A stretch of DNA of 64,000 nucleotides from Chrysomallon squamiferum (taxonomy: Eukaryota; Animalia; Mollusca): NCBI GenBank assembly GCA_012295275.1, contig CM022679.1, positions 20,336,001-20,400,000 of the forward strand, read 5' to 3'. Position 1 is the first letter of the stretch; every line of letters begins with the position of its first letter. Below, in pieces: positions 26,831 through 42,467 of the stretch. Position numbers and translations under genes: made by a program. The notes beneath the pieces were generated by a model, which saw only the letters and a program-made list of their open reading frames with translations, was not told the origin of the DNA and did no database searches.

Positions 26831-28071
26831 TATTTATTTATTTATTTATTTTTGTAAAAACAAATACTTTCGGTATTTTCAATTCGTATTACTGTAGGTT
26901 TCTTTTTGTCAAATGTTTCATATTTGTTTTACATTATAAGATGAGTCGGATAAATTAAATTAAACTTTTCTAGACTAAAAATAAAAAGAGACCAACTAAA
27001 ATGTTTAATTACACAAGCTCCATGTAAATCGACATTATCTGCGTTTATTTACCTTTGTTCTTTGTTTGAAACAGATAGTGGATTTTCTTTTTTTTTTTTT
27101 CTTTTTTTCATCATTTACAGTTATAGCAATAATAGCATCAGTCAACGTAAAATGAGAAAAAGAAGTAAATAAAAGATAATTATATAACACACTTTGTATA
27201 TACAGATATTGACAGACACGCACGCACACATACACATATAAACATACACATATGCATACATACATATATTTAAACAGTTAAGCTGTTTGTGTTATTTTTA
27301 ATTATTACATTTTCACCTCTATTTATTTTTAATAAATGTTTATAGAATGACTCCTACCTTAACAATAGCGACTTGACACATGCACGTCCACGCACCAACG
27401 TTCACATCATCACCTTCCAGTAATGTACACTGACGTAATTACGAGTGTCTGTATATACAACACAGCCAGCAATCATGTTCATACCAGTGTGATCAATACA
27501 TTTTAATATTGTGATTCAACATACTGCATGCACCAAAATGTTTAATTAACACCGACTCAGTTTGTACTAATATTTCTGATAAATTTTTATTATTTTACTT
27601 AGCGTAAACTATAACAGCAACAAAGAGTAATTTTGTCAGTTTATTTTTCTTCGAAAGAATTAACCGATACTAGCATTAAAAAAAATAATAATAATAAAAT
27701 AATAATAATAATAATGATAATAAAAAATAAAAAATTCTCCAGTTGATTTCATTTTTTTAGCTGTTTTTCAAATTAATTCATTCAGTAGCAGGGAATCGTC
27801 GAGGCTTGCAAAACCGCAGAGCAGCCGAAATGATCCGCAGAAGACTTTCTCGCCATGTTACGTGAATTCATTACTGAGTCTTTGTAACTGCACGTCATGT
27901 CATGTGTAAGCTACGTTTCTATAACATAATTAAATTTATTAATCAAACCGCCATAGATTTTCTTCTTTTTTTTAGAATCATTAAGAAAAAAGCAAAAAAT
28001 AAAAAATAAAAATAAATAATAATAATAATAATAATAATAATATAATAATAAAATAAAATAAATAAATACAA

Positions 28072-28102
<31 letters not shown>

Positions 28103-30750
28103 TTAATAAATATTCTGAGATATTTCTTGGATTTTAATTAATAACGCCATTAGGGTGCATTACATCATCTGTAAGATGTTGAAGGGTGTTTTTTTGAAGA
28201 GTAGCTGTTTGTAAGAATTCGGTCGAGCAGCTCTGATATTAATGGTTCATTGTGAGAAGAAGAAGCAAAGAAAATGCGTGGAGATTGGGACAGTCTGCGG
28301 ACATCACGCGGAGATGAGCACGGTTTCTCTGTTTGTTACGGTTCACCAAACATTCTATCATGACATGGGGAAAATACTTGATTCCAGTTGTCCAACTGGT
28401 GTATTCAGAGGCAAAGAATCCATCTGATTTACTTGTCTACGAATGTTATTAACTGTTTATAAAATGATTCAGACATCTATCCTTAAGCCTTGAGTTTGAC
28501 GTTTTCATTGCTGTTTTCATTTCACATATACCATTATAACTTAGAAACTGATCAAATTCATGGTTGTCGAAGTTGAAAATGGTATTAGTTATTAAAACTA
28601 GAAGACTGATAAGAAATCACTTGCAGTATCAATGCATAAAAGTATTAAGTCTTTGTCGCACTACAGAATACATTTTTCTGTTAAAACCCAGGAGGCTAAA
28701 CAACACGAAACAAAATCGTAATGTTTACACAAGACACCCAACATCATGTGTTGTGAAGTTGCATGTATATGCACAAGCAAACGCACATACACACACATAC
28801 ATGGTATAAACTTACAAACACATACAAACAAACATGCATACAATACAAGAAAGAAAGTGACAAACAAACATAATACACTCATTCATACACGTATAGACGC
28901 ATGCATAAACTGGATAGCTAAAAATGATATTCATACATACATATCATGGTTTTATGCGTTATAAAACCTAATATTTTTAAATAATAAAGTTTGTTAAATT
29001 GCCCTTAAACATCTGTTAATTCTTTCGTTCATTCACTTGATCATTCCTTCCTTTATCCACATGTTCCTGGACGTCTAAGCCAAGTTTCTGTCTACGACAT
29101 TCACCGTGCAGTCATCTCATGTATGTAATTTGTGAAGAAGGTCGTGTTTGATTTCGACGCTGAAAGCAGACGACACGGCGTCTCGTGCCCTCTCATTGTA
29201 AGCAATGTCAGTCGGCACCTTTCTCTGCAGAGTCTCGCAGACGCCGGGTCATTCTTTCATTCAAAGAAACCATCGAATTTCACACCTTCCTACCTCATCA
29301 CCGTATAGGAAATAGAAGATATATATTACCATCGTCTACATGTGAATTAGTACACCAGTCGTTATATCTCCTTTTTATCTTTCTTTTGCATTTCGCTCAT
29401 TCAAAGAAACCAGCCAGTTTCACTTGGTTTATGTCATCGCTGGGTTAGTCTGAACCTGGAAGACATTGATGTAGATGTGAGTCCGTACATTAGTTTCCAC
29501 ATTTACTATTTCTTTTTTGTCTTCTTTGTGACTATCATCATATTCATATTGGTTGTAGAAGTAGACCTAGTACGCCTACTAGCAGTAGTAGTAGGTAGTA
29601 TTAGTGGTGGTGGTGGTATTGGCAGCAGCAGTAACAGTAATAGTGAAATAGTAATAGCAACATTTTGTTCCTGCTGTAATTAATACAGTTACTGTTACTC
29701 TTTTTAACGCGAACAGAAAACAAAGAAAAATGACAACAAGCTTAGACAAAACATATCTGTGACGCATTCATTATAATATGCCTTAGTATATGAATGTCTT
29801 GTTTCGTGTGGTTTATATGTATTCAAGTGTTATTATTACTGTTGTTGTTGTTGTTGTTGTTTTAAACCCATACGATTACTGTACTATTAAGCGAATACCT
29901 TTTTCTTTTTTTTTTTTTTTTATCTCTGGTGCGTACTGATTGTGGGTGTTGATCTCTCTTACACAGAAGTATTTTCCCTGTTTTTCAGTGACTGCACTAA
30001 CGATGGCGAAATTTGTTATAATTTTTGTTTTCTACATGAATAATCGCCGCACTCTTGAATTTATATAAACTACATATTATCAAAGCTTGAATAGAGGCGT
30101 GATTTCGTAAAAGTCTCTTTAGGCCCTTACAAAGGAAAAATGACATTTTACTCGAACGACCTGTGAAAAATACGTGAATGTGTGTCAGTCACACGAGTAT
30201 CAAATGTCGATGGTTTGTAAACATATATCAAAGAAACCTGACTGAATCTGTTGCTATCAAGCAGCCATTATCTATTACAATTTTCCTAACTGCGTCAAGT
30301 TTTGTGGCCATTTCCGGTTAGATGACTGATGCGTTCTGCGAGATCTCGCTTCTAAATCTCGCGAGATTTCGCTTTAAACGATTATTTGCAAGGCCCAAGT
30401 TCCTTGAAAAGTTACTTCTAACGCTATTAGATTGCATAAAATGTAATTATACACTCCGTGTGGTAGACAGAGCCTTTGATAATGGTATTCAGTGATATTT
30501 ATCTAATACTTTCCTTGCTTATGGTATCAGATTAATAAAATATAGAAGCAATATATTTGAAAAACTGTTTGATCCTCTGGCGCTCTGACATTTTGTGTAA
30601 ATAGAAAGTTATATATTACGTTTATAGGTACGTGAACGATTCAGCCCAGCTGTATCATACACTTAAAACGTGGGTTTCAGACTTGCGGGTGGAAAGCCAG
30701 TGGCAGAGGGTTGGGTAAAGGTTTGGGAAATGTATGGAGGATTTGTATTG

Positions 30751-30752
<2 letters not shown>

Positions 30753-30815
<63 letters not shown>
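30753..30815. repeat. (CT)n microsatellite
   Basis: Direct reading. Confidence 0.97.
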
Positions 30816-30818
<3 letters not shown>

Positions 30819-31421
30819 AAATGAACAATTTTCAAATAAAAATGATTTAATATTAAAATATTATTTATTTATTATTTTTAAAATCTATTTATTTATTTAT
30901 TATTTTTAAAATCTATTTATTTATTTATTATTTTAAAATTTTGTTGTACCCTATTAAAAGTAATTATAGGCATTTGCATAATGAAAATTTTAATAACCAA
31001 ATGTCAAATAAAGAAATATCAAATCTTGTTATCGTTCGTTATCGTGCATGTACCTACATACGCGTCAGCCCCACAGAAGTTCACAAGATCAAGGTACGTG
31101 TTGCAACATGGACATCGGACGTGTTTGAAACCTGCATTTTATATATCTGTAATAAATAAGTCATGCACGTAAATTTTCAAAATAATGTCCGTGTATATTT
31201 TATACATTTTATGGATATGGTAAATCATTCAGATTTAAAAAATAATAAAAAAAACAACAAAACAAACATAAGTGTTAGGAAGGAACTACCTTTCTCTGTT
31301 TAGTGTGTAACTATGTTACTCACTTCTTTCTGTGCTAAGTAGAATTTACTGCTGAAGTTAAATCCATAAATAATTCTTCGAATGAAGCATGTTTTTAAAA
31401 CTACTCGCTTCCAACAGCTGG

Positions 31422-31469
<48 letters not shown>

Positions 31470-32126
31470 TTGGATTCATACTGAAAACAAGACTGAAATC
31501 TATTTTTCAAAGTATTCTGAAAAATGATTTTTTTTAATATTTTCTTTTTTCTTTTAACTTGATATGTTTCTCGAATTGCCGAAATAAAATATATATTTTT
31601 TTTTAATTTTCACTTTTTTCTTTACAATATCGAAGTTGTGTATATTAGTACAATATTTTTTTTTTTAAGTATGAGACTTTTTTTCTAACGAAACTAATGT
31701 TATTTCAGTACTGAATGTGCAGGTATTTAAAATTATTTATTATTTACATATCATTACTAAATCAATCCTATTTTCTTTCTTATGGAAATTAGTTTGCGAT
31801 TTTTGAGTGATTTTTTTTAAAATTAATATTTTATTCTTTTTTAAAATTAATATTTTTTTTTAAATTAATATATATTTTTTTTAATTAATATTTTATTATT
31901 TATTTATCTTTATTCTTATTTCGTTTATTTATTCTTTTTATTCATTTATTTATTTATTTTACCATAATTATATATTTTTTATTAACTATTTTTTATGTAA
32001 TTAATTTAGTTTGGTAAAGTTTATTATTATATTATTTAATAAATTTTCCTTAACTTATTGTCATTTTGTTTCATTGATGTTGTTGTTATTGCTATGCTGT
32101 TGTTGATAATGTTATTGTTATTGTTA

Positions 32127-32168
<42 letters not shown>

Positions 32169-32895
32169 TTCTTTTTTCTTTTTTTCTTTCTTTTTGTTAT
32201 ATATAACGTAATTTAATGTTTCTATTATTGACACCACCACCATCCCTCCCCCCCCGTTCTTCTCTCTTTCCGTACCCCCGTACCTTAACAGACCAACTTG
32301 ACTTCTTTTTAATGTTATTTTTAACAATACGACATTTTTCTTCGCGGAAATTGTAAGTTCATAAACAATCTTGGTGAAGAATAAAAACCATAAAACTATT
32401 CCAGGGTTGCCAGCTTTCTTTCTTCCCTTTTTTTTTTTTTTTTTTTTGGTTGTTGTTGTTGGCATACCTTTGCTAAGTGGTCGTGGGACACCGCACCTTA
32501 ACGACCACAACGGCAAACTCCCAGAATCTTGAAGGAAAAACAGAAAACGTAAATTGCTTGTAATGCTTAAAGCAACACAAACAGGTTTATTTAGTTCGGC
32601 GCGGTCTTTTGTTTGAATCAAACGCACCAACTACAACAGAGGCAGAATCTAAACAATTTATGGATTCTGTTTTTCCACATACTAAATAAAAAGAAAGGGG
32701 AAAAAAGCGAATCTTTTGAATGAAAGCGTGTGGTTTTATTTTCTTTCGGTTGTAAATGTGTATAAAAACAGTTGGGTTATAGGGGTTTTTTTTAAATGAA
32801 ATGTTTCTGAAGAATCTATTTTAGTATTTTGTTGTAAAAATGACACTGCTTAAAATGAAACATTTATTTGTTTATTTATTTATTTATTTATATAT

Positions 32896-32946
<51 letters not shown>

Positions 32947-33990
32947 CTTTTATTAATTTTAGTTAATTATTATTTTTTTATTATTAATATTTATTTATTT
33001 TATTTTTTTATTTTTTTATTTATTATTTTATTTTTTTATTTATTTATTTATTTATTTTTTTATTTATTTATTTATTTATAACATGTCAATAACAGAAAAT
33101 TATAAAAATTTATAATTAATTTTCCTTTCTCAATATTCATCAGGATTTGGAGAAACAAATCTAACAGATCACTATTTTTGTCGAATTTTTTTTTTTTTTA
33201 CAAGATTATCTTGGTGCAGGCTCAACCAGAGAGTTAGGTAGATAAGATTAGAATTACGTAACTTGTGCAAGGAAACACAATCTGTGGCAAACCAGACTTG
33301 TGCTGTGTCAGACCGTTATATAAGTCGCACATCTGCACGTGCTTATGCAGCCCGTTATGCGCGTAAAGCAAATCCTCATTGATCGCGGTTGGTTCGTCGG
33401 TTTTTATCAAAAAGTAAATCAAAGAACTCTTGTACTCGCTTGATTGAACTGAAAAACAAACAGGAGAATTCGGTATAAAACGATGACGTCGTGAACGTGC
33501 GTGGTAGTTGCTTTAAGTTTTAAAATCAATCTTGTGCTCTTGGTGAGAGAGAGAGAGAAAAGGAGAGTGAGAGAGACAGATAAGAGAGAATGAGACTGAT
33601 AACAGAGACGGAGAGACTGACAAAAAGAGCGTTGGAATCAGGGGCGCTGAGACGGAAAAAGATGGTCAGAAAAAGAGATAGAGATTTAAAACAAATAATG
33701 AATGAAGCAGACAGTGAGAGACATTTCCAGTGTATGCAAGCTTTATTTATAACCCAGTTTTTATAGTCACGTTGAAAGAATTCGTCCTGTAATTATTCTT
33801 TGCTTCCTGTTTGGTAACTTTGTAAAAATGTCGTCATCTTTGTTTCAACAGTCTGAAAAACAAACCTCCATATTTTAAGACCGTTCCATCATTTACACGA
33901 AATATAATTCATTTCAGAATAGATATATATATATATATATATATAAAATAAAATAAAATAACAAATAAAAGAAGTAAAAGAAGAAGAAAG

Positions 33991-34033
<43 letters not shown>

Positions 34034-34956
34034 CAAACACGAGATGTGTAGATCCGTCACATATATCTCTGTTTCTTACGAACGTACGAACAAAAATCTT
34101 TCAGCGATATAATGTAAAATGGTTCGCGAGCGCCACTCACACACAGAAATCGATTGTAAATAAATGTTTATTATCAAATAAACATTCGGTGACTGAAAAT
34201 GACAAGTGTGACACTGCATACTGCAATCAATTTGCCTGCCCAGTGATCAAACGATCGCAAGCAAGATTAATATACAAAATAACCAAAGGTCACCCTTCAT
34301 AATGATTTTATTATAGCTCGGATAATTAATTTTAGCTTGGCCGAAAGAGCAAACGTTCGGGAATTAGAAAATAAATCAACACCGCTTGAGCTCGGCTAAT
34401 ATCGAAGCTGTACCTTGCGGTACTTAACGGGAGGTCGCCGACCTGCCGCCATTTGTCACGAAATGTGTCCCGCACTTTCTTTTTTTTCGCCTGCGGGACA
34501 GTCGCGAGTTTCTTCTATATACCTGACCTGAAAATGTCGAGTTTAATTAACTCATTCGTAAAAAAATATGATGTCTTTTCAAATGTAGTTGTTTTCTCAT
34601 ATTTCGTGCTTAATCATAAGGCTGTATTTCACAGAACAAGGATTCAGAAAGCCAAGTTTAAAAAACGACGGCGATATATATATATATATATAAGAAATTG
34701 AAGAACCATTAAAATTTTGTTATTTGTATGGAATGAATTATTATCAGTATTATTCAACATATTATATAACTTTACTGTTGACTGATGTCGCATAACAGGT
34801 AATTATAATACTGATGCCATCGATAAAATATTGATGTAATACATAATGCATATATGCGATTGTATTTTAAATTATTTGGCTAAAAAAAATATGTTTTATT
34901 TCTTTACTTTCACTCTTATTTATTTACTTACACGCATATACTGTTGTTGTTGTTTG

Positions 34957-34989
<33 letters not shown>

Positions 34990-35384
34990 TTCATTTATAT
35001 ATTATTATATTAGAATTTAAAAGTCGGAGTAAACCAAAATAACATCTTTTTTTTTATTTTTTATTTTAATGTATTTATCAAAATCGGATTCTTAAAATGG
35101 TAACAGTGGAACTCTTATTATTCCTATTGAAATAAAACCCTGAAATATTTATTTATTTATTTATAGTTCTTGAGAAATCACGTTATATTTATTCTCGCAA
35201 CACACGTAACACATACTTACTAGTAACAGCACTGAAATTCAATCTTGAGAAATCAAATTACAAACATTTCAATAAGCAAAAGTTCACACTAAAAATTTAA
35301 TATTGTTTCTGAGTTACATACAGGCAGACAGACTGATATGCATGCATATATACACCTACATAGATATAGACAAATAAACTTACA

Positions 35385-35431
<47 letters not shown>

Positions 35432-37878
35432 CCGCACCCGGAATTAAAGGTTGTAACAGACAAAAATAAAATAAAATGAAATAAAACAAAATAAATTAAA
35501 ATTAATAAATAAATAAATAAAAATGTTAATTAAGAAAGGGGGGGGGGAATGAAGTATATTCAGCAATGCAAGATAATTTCTGAAAGTTTTGTTGGAATAT
35601 TATAGACGGTTTTTTTATCAAAACCGAAGTGTGTGTAACAGTAAGAATTTTAAAAAGTAAATAAATAAAATGAAATAAAAATAGACAAAAAGCACCTAAA
35701 CACAACAAATGAAACAATAAAAACGGGAGAGAGAGGGGGGTTGCAGAGTAGTTTTCAAAGTTGACAACTTGTTTCGAATAGTTTTGTTAACAGACAAGTT
35801 CAGCCGGTGCAACTGTCATAAACACGCGAGTGAGTGATCCTGTGTTTGTTTTATGTCCACAGTGATACGAAAATAAACATTTTACTAATATTCTCTCAGC
35901 ATCACACCTGGAAAAGTGCTCAAAATACTCCATTCTGGTCATCCATTACACAACATCCACTCAGCGACACACAAACCGCGGGAACAAACCCTCGGCTTTC
36001 AGGGTTCACAGCAGTGAACGCAGGGAGGCCGAGGAACGTGCAGCGAGTGCGGTCTAGATTGAAAACACATCGCGTCTTTTCCTTGAATGTGTCAGACATT
36101 AATCAGAACGATAAGGAACTGAGATATTTTTTTTTAAGCATGATTAAAATAAAACTACATTTTGAAAGTTTTCTTTGATTTCGAAATTTAATTTGTTTCC
36201 TCGTTCGTACGACACAGATTTCGTGTTGAGTGTAAAAAAAAAAATTATTTCTGAATTTGTTAATTAATTTCGATTATTATATAAAATTTAAAATTTATTG
36301 GGGAGGGTTGTGGGTTTTTTTTAATGACAGTTAATGATATATTATAATTTTTATTATAGTGTATTATATTTTTTTATTATATTATATTATATTATATTAT
36401 TTATTATTTTATTTTATTTTTATTCTTTATTTTTGTTTTTATTTTATTTCAGTTTAGTTTAGTTTAGTTTAGTTTACTTGGGTGAGGAAAAACGAAAATA
36501 TTATATATAAGTAAAATCGAAAAGAAAGCCTATCGCAAATGTTCCATATCGATATTACTGGAGGCCCCGACAAAGTTTGCTCTCTATATTTATTTGCATG
36601 TAATTACTCTAAACGATGTCCTTCACCATAAAAAAACCTTCAACCTTATAATTATATGCAAAACTAATATTTAAAGATAAACTGATACCGAAATGTTCAA
36701 TTTTATTTTACTTTATGTTATTTAAACTTAGTTTTAGTTGTAGTAAAAACAATAATAGTCGTAAACGTTTCAAAGAAAACAAATGTACTGTCGTGTGATG
36801 ATAATGACGACGATGGTCAAGATGAAGGAGAGGAAAAAACATAAAAAATAAATCTAATAATAATAAAAAAAGACAAAGTAAAGAGAATATAGATTCTATT
36901 GATGTCGACTGGTAAGGATTAGAAAACGATTCTTTATTTCCCCATTGAAGAAATGTCCTAGATTTAACACTTTTTTCTTTATGTTTGTATTGAAAATCGT
37001 TACGACTGAAATGAAAGAGCCGAGGGATAACATTATATTTTACAAACTTCAGTGTTGACATTTAATGCTACAAAGCTAACTCTGCCAGCGGCGATTATCA
37101 CAGTTCTCGGCGTTAACAAAGCGCTAAAAAGCATCATGCTTTTCTGAGTATTTCAACTCGCTGTAGCAGAAAAGGCAACATGTTGTGAATCCATGCATTC
37201 AGTATTGTGCCTGTTTGAAAACTCTCGTTTGCGATCGTTACCGCGGATTCCCGTGCTCCCACACCATGCCTCTAGAAATGGAGCGACAACTAAATTGTCT
37301 GAAACGACCACAAAAATAGTTATCCATTATCTTCATTGCTGGGTGTCGTGGTCAGGTCCCCCGGGCTCCAAACAAGACGTTATCGAACACAAAACAATGC
37401 GGTATGTTGTCAAACACTTTCGGGGTGTGGTTGTTACACCCTCTGTCGCCGATTCTAGAGAGCAAATCGAGAACCCTCGGGTAGGAGATTACTAGACAGT
37501 CTGAAAGACAAATAGCTCACATTTGGAGACAAGATAACGACTCTAAACGGTTGCTATTTGTTAACACCTATGACAAATTTGGGCAGACGAGCATCCGAGA
37601 TGACTGACAAATGGCTGACTTGTCGACCTGACAGGTCTTGCGTCAGCGGACTCCAGTTCGCTTTGCGTGAAGCAGTAATATATGTTCTCATTTTGTTATT
37701 GATATGGTAATATGTGGTCCAGTATTCTATTCGTGTTTTCTCCATTCTTTGATCTAAATGTTAAAATATTCCGATTTTTAATAATTCTGTTCTTACTGTT
37801 ATATAATGTCTAAATTAATGTCTTTCGTATGTGTATGGAATTACTTAATCAAAGAAACGTGAAATGTCTATATTGTTG

Positions 37879-37913
<35 letters not shown>

Positions 37914-38077
37914 GTTGCTACAACAACAACAACAACTACTACTACTACTACAATTACTACTACTTCTAACACTTTAATTATTATTAAACCATTCTGATCT
38001 CCTTTATCTCCGCTAATGTTAAGGACAGTATTCAAGTAATAATAATAATAAACGAAAATAAATAAATAAATAATAAA

Positions 38078-38110
<33 letters not shown>

Positions 38111-38890
38111 AATAATAAATAAATAAATAATAATAATAAAAGATAATAAATAAATAAATAAATAAATAAATATTTATTTGATTTGTTTTCTTTATCACCC
38201 TTTGTTAAAATATTCCCCTGGCCCACCATCACTTTTGATTTCAGTTGTTTGAAAAATCTAATGGTTGCTATTTATAAATTTATTTTCACATCATTTACAG
38301 TTGATTAACCGATCCTTATTTTATTTCATTTTTATTGTATGTGTTTGCGCGGATGTGTTTCCATGTGCACGTGTGTATGGCTGCCTTGGATACTTGAAGG
38401 AATTTAATAAAGAAATAATTTAAGTTTCAGAACTCATGATGGAAAATCATTTCGTCAGAAATAATATGTCTCCATGAGAGTTGAGGATAACGTAATCATT
38501 TCTATAGTTGTATTATTTCTAATTTGTTTTCTCTCTTTGATTTCCTTATTGATATCCTCGACAGTTTAAATACATTTTAATTCTAATTTTTAAACTTGTT
38601 CCTCATTTTTCGATTCATCAGCCTGCATTCTCGATTTATCTTATATCCACGCGATATGGGACTGCACGGAATAAACAAATAAATAAATAAACAAAAAAGT
38701 TTATAAATAAAAATGTCACTAAAAAAAAAAATAAAAAAAATAAATAAAAATAAAGTAACAACTCGAAAACAAACAAAACCCAAAACATATTGATTTGCTT
38801 GCTCAAGAGGCCAATTAAAAACTTTTAATAAAATAAAAAGAAAAATATGACTCATTTTTCTCTCTATTTCATCTAATATAGACCACACCA

Positions 38891-38943
<53 letters not shown>

Positions 38944-39607
38944 TCATGATGATTATTATTTTAAATACAGGACAACTAGTATTATGGTCGCGATTTTAAG
39001 TAACCCCTGCCACCTGGTTGAACGAACATTGTCTTGGTGTTGTTTTCAGTAATTAGCTGTAATTAATTAATCCATGCAAATGCATTCAAATTACAGCAAA
39101 AAATAATATTAATAATAATAATAATACAAATACAAAAATAATAATAATAATAATAATAAATGCTCTAATTAGATTCCATATAAAGGCGATATGAATGTGG
39201 TATTTATTTACGATTCAGAGATTTTATTTTGTTATTCGACAAATTGGCTTTCCCATTTGGAAAGCGAAGCATATTTTGTTCACGCATGCTCGATTACAAT
39301 ATTTTGGCTGAGCTTCCTCTTCCGCCCGAAGGCGGAAAGGGACCCTCTTTTTCAAAACTTCTTTCTCGCGGCTAAATAAAGAAAAGTCTGATTATGACAG
39401 CCACGTGTAGAAGTCTTGTTTTCAGACTCGTGCATAAAGAACGTCACTTAAAAACAATTAGTCTTTGAACAAACCCACCATTAAGTGTTGGTGGATTTAT
39501 GTTCAGGTTCTATACCATTTGCATGGCTGAAGATTAATTTATTTAATGCCTGATCGTACTGTAAATATCATAACTGTAAATATACATTTTCTTCAGAAAC
39601 GAGAGGT

Positions 39608-39646
39608 ATATATATATATATATATATACACACACATACATACATT

Positions 39647-39715
<69 letters not shown>

Positions 39716-39819
39716 ACACTCAGAGAAGTGAACAGAATATTTTGTTAGAAACCAATGGAAACAGTTCATGCAGTGATCGTTGTGACTTTCCTGTTGTCAT
39801 CAGCTTTTTCCTTTTATTG

Positions 39820-39904
<85 letters not shown>

Positions 39905-40045
39905 AATAAATTATTACACTGGGGATTGATTTTTTTTATTCGCACCATTTCGTTCACAATATCATATAATATTAGTCTATATATGTGAGGTGTATGTAAG
40001 TAAGTATGCGTGCATGCAAACATGTGTATCCATCTGTCTGTCTAA

Positions 40046-40097
<52 letters not shown>

Positions 40098-40114
40098 ATG
40101 TGTGTGTGTGTGTG
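39608..40114. repeat. Microsatellite cluster (TA)n/(CA)n/(CT)n/(TA)n/(TG)n
   Basis: (CA)n about 39650-39719, (CT)n 39824-39901, (TA)n about 40048-40084. Confidence 0.95.
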
Positions 40115-40716
40115 TTTATTTACGTATATCGTATGATAGTATTAAATCTTTACTACTGAGGCTTATGCTACCATCATTACTTGAAATATTATTAATTATG
40201 TTACTTTTAATATTAGTCATGATGATCACCATGTTCATCATAATAATTATTATTATCATCAAGATGATCATTAATTCATTCATTCGTAGCAGTATTTGTC
40301 TACATCGGCGCTTGGAAGTAGACCAATTAACAATCAACGTCTTCACTAATATTACAGAATTTATTTCGTAACGTGAAATTAATGGCGCCGGATATCAATT
40401 TAGTATGACCGTCTTTTCAGTTTGTCAGCAATAACTGTGAGTCAGACGTCGTCGTGTTTATCAGAACCGTTCACATCATCGTCAACGACGTAATTACGCC
40501 GCTCCTGTTCATTGCGTCACTGGTTGTAAGTTGATGTCTCTTTCCTGTTTACATTATGACAACGAAATTCACGACTTCGTCGTAAATAAATAAATAAATA
40601 GTTGCGACAAATAATGCCTCCTTTTACAAAAATTCGTAAAATCATAACAATCAGATTGATTATATTAACATCTTTAATGATGTTTTTATTTGTTTTAATT
40701 TTTATTTATCGCTTCA

Positions 40717-40719
<3 letters not shown>

Positions 40720-40787
<68 letters not shown>
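40720..40787. repeat. (CT)n microsatellite
   Basis: Direct reading. Confidence 0.97.
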
Positions 40788-40790
<3 letters not shown>

Positions 40791-41620
40791 AGGTGTTTGT
40801 GTGTTTGTTTTCGATTTTGTATGAGACTGTATATTTTTTCAATTAATTTATTGTTTCATTAAAATAAATAATAATTTTTAAATAGTAAATTATCAATGTA
40901 TACTATTTTTCATTATATATTAAAAATATGTGCTTGTTTCATTTGCCCATTTATATAACAGTGCAATAATATTCCAGTTTTTAAACTTTGTCAGCAAAAC
41001 TTTAAAAATAAAAAAAGCAATAACAAAACAAATATGATAAATCAGATATAAACCCATGTTGGAACGGCAAAATATACTTCAGGGAGGATTGATCCTGCAG
41101 CATATTTATTTATTTTTATTTTTTTAAATTGCCTTAAAAATGTGTCCATGTGTTGATAAAAAACAAATTTTGAACTCAGTTAATGGAAATTTTCTCAACT
41201 TCTGTATATTTTAATTTCTAATATTTCACAACGCGAATTTAATTAATTAGTGTTTTTATTATTCGTAGACATTGTTTGTACAAAACCTGAATGAAATTTG
41301 AAATGCGATGATTTGCCAAGTCATGTGCATTGCTGATAGGATGGCCATGTGTCACCAGTGACATTGTGATATAAATTACCAATATGTCACGAATCTTTCA
41401 TTGGGATGACGGAAAATACGTCAGATCTGGAATAACAATGTCGTCTGCTAATGTTAGGTTTGTAGTGCATGTCTGTGTTACGTCTGAGTTAGAACGTGAT
41501 AACAGTTTACATTAGCATTGCACTGTGTGTGTGGGTGTAAAGGTGTATGTTTATATATGTTTATGTGTGTATGTAGGTCAGTCATTCATATACACACCCA
41601 TACACAATGTAAAAGAGAAT

Positions 41621-41651
<31 letters not shown>

Positions 41652-42420
41652 TATATTTGTTTTTTACTGTTATGCAATATGTTTACTTTTAACGTCAAAG
41701 AAACAAAACGACAGTTGTGACCATTAACTGAACTCAGATTTAGAAAGGGAAAACGCAAACATTCGTTTCCAAAAGGGATCAATGGTGACACATTCTAAAG
41801 CCCGCTATTAAAGAAAACTGCGAAGAGATCTCTTTTAAAAGCTCATTGTTTGGTTTTAAGTGTCTTTTGAGATTTTCTAAAAGACTCTCGGAGCAGAGTC
41901 GTAACCTAACATAAACATGTCTTTACATACCACACTTTTTTCTTTTTTTTATTAATTTTTTTTTTCTTTTTTCCTTTTATTTGTTTATTTATTTAATTAT
42001 TTATTACTAGTTTGTTTTAAATTTTGTTTCATTTCTTGTTATTATTTATTTATTTATTTATTTATTATTACGATTTTTTTAACCAAAATTATTTATTACT
42101 TGTTTATTATTTATTTTATTTGTTTGTTTACTTATTATTTATTTATTAATTTTATATTACTTTTAAATTTTTATTTATTTACTATTTCCATTTTAAAAAA
42201 TATATACTTTTTTGTTATTTGTTCAGTTATTAATTATTTACGTACTTATTTTATAAAAATTTGCTTTTATTTTAATTATTATTTTAATTTATTTTAGGTT
42301 GCATTTCTTGATATTTTAGTCTGTACTTCAGTTATTTAATTTTTATTTATTTTTATTTGATTTAGAGTTTTTTTTAATTAATTAATTAATTTATTATTAT
42401 TATTATTATCATTATTATTA

Positions 42421-42467
<47 letters not shown>

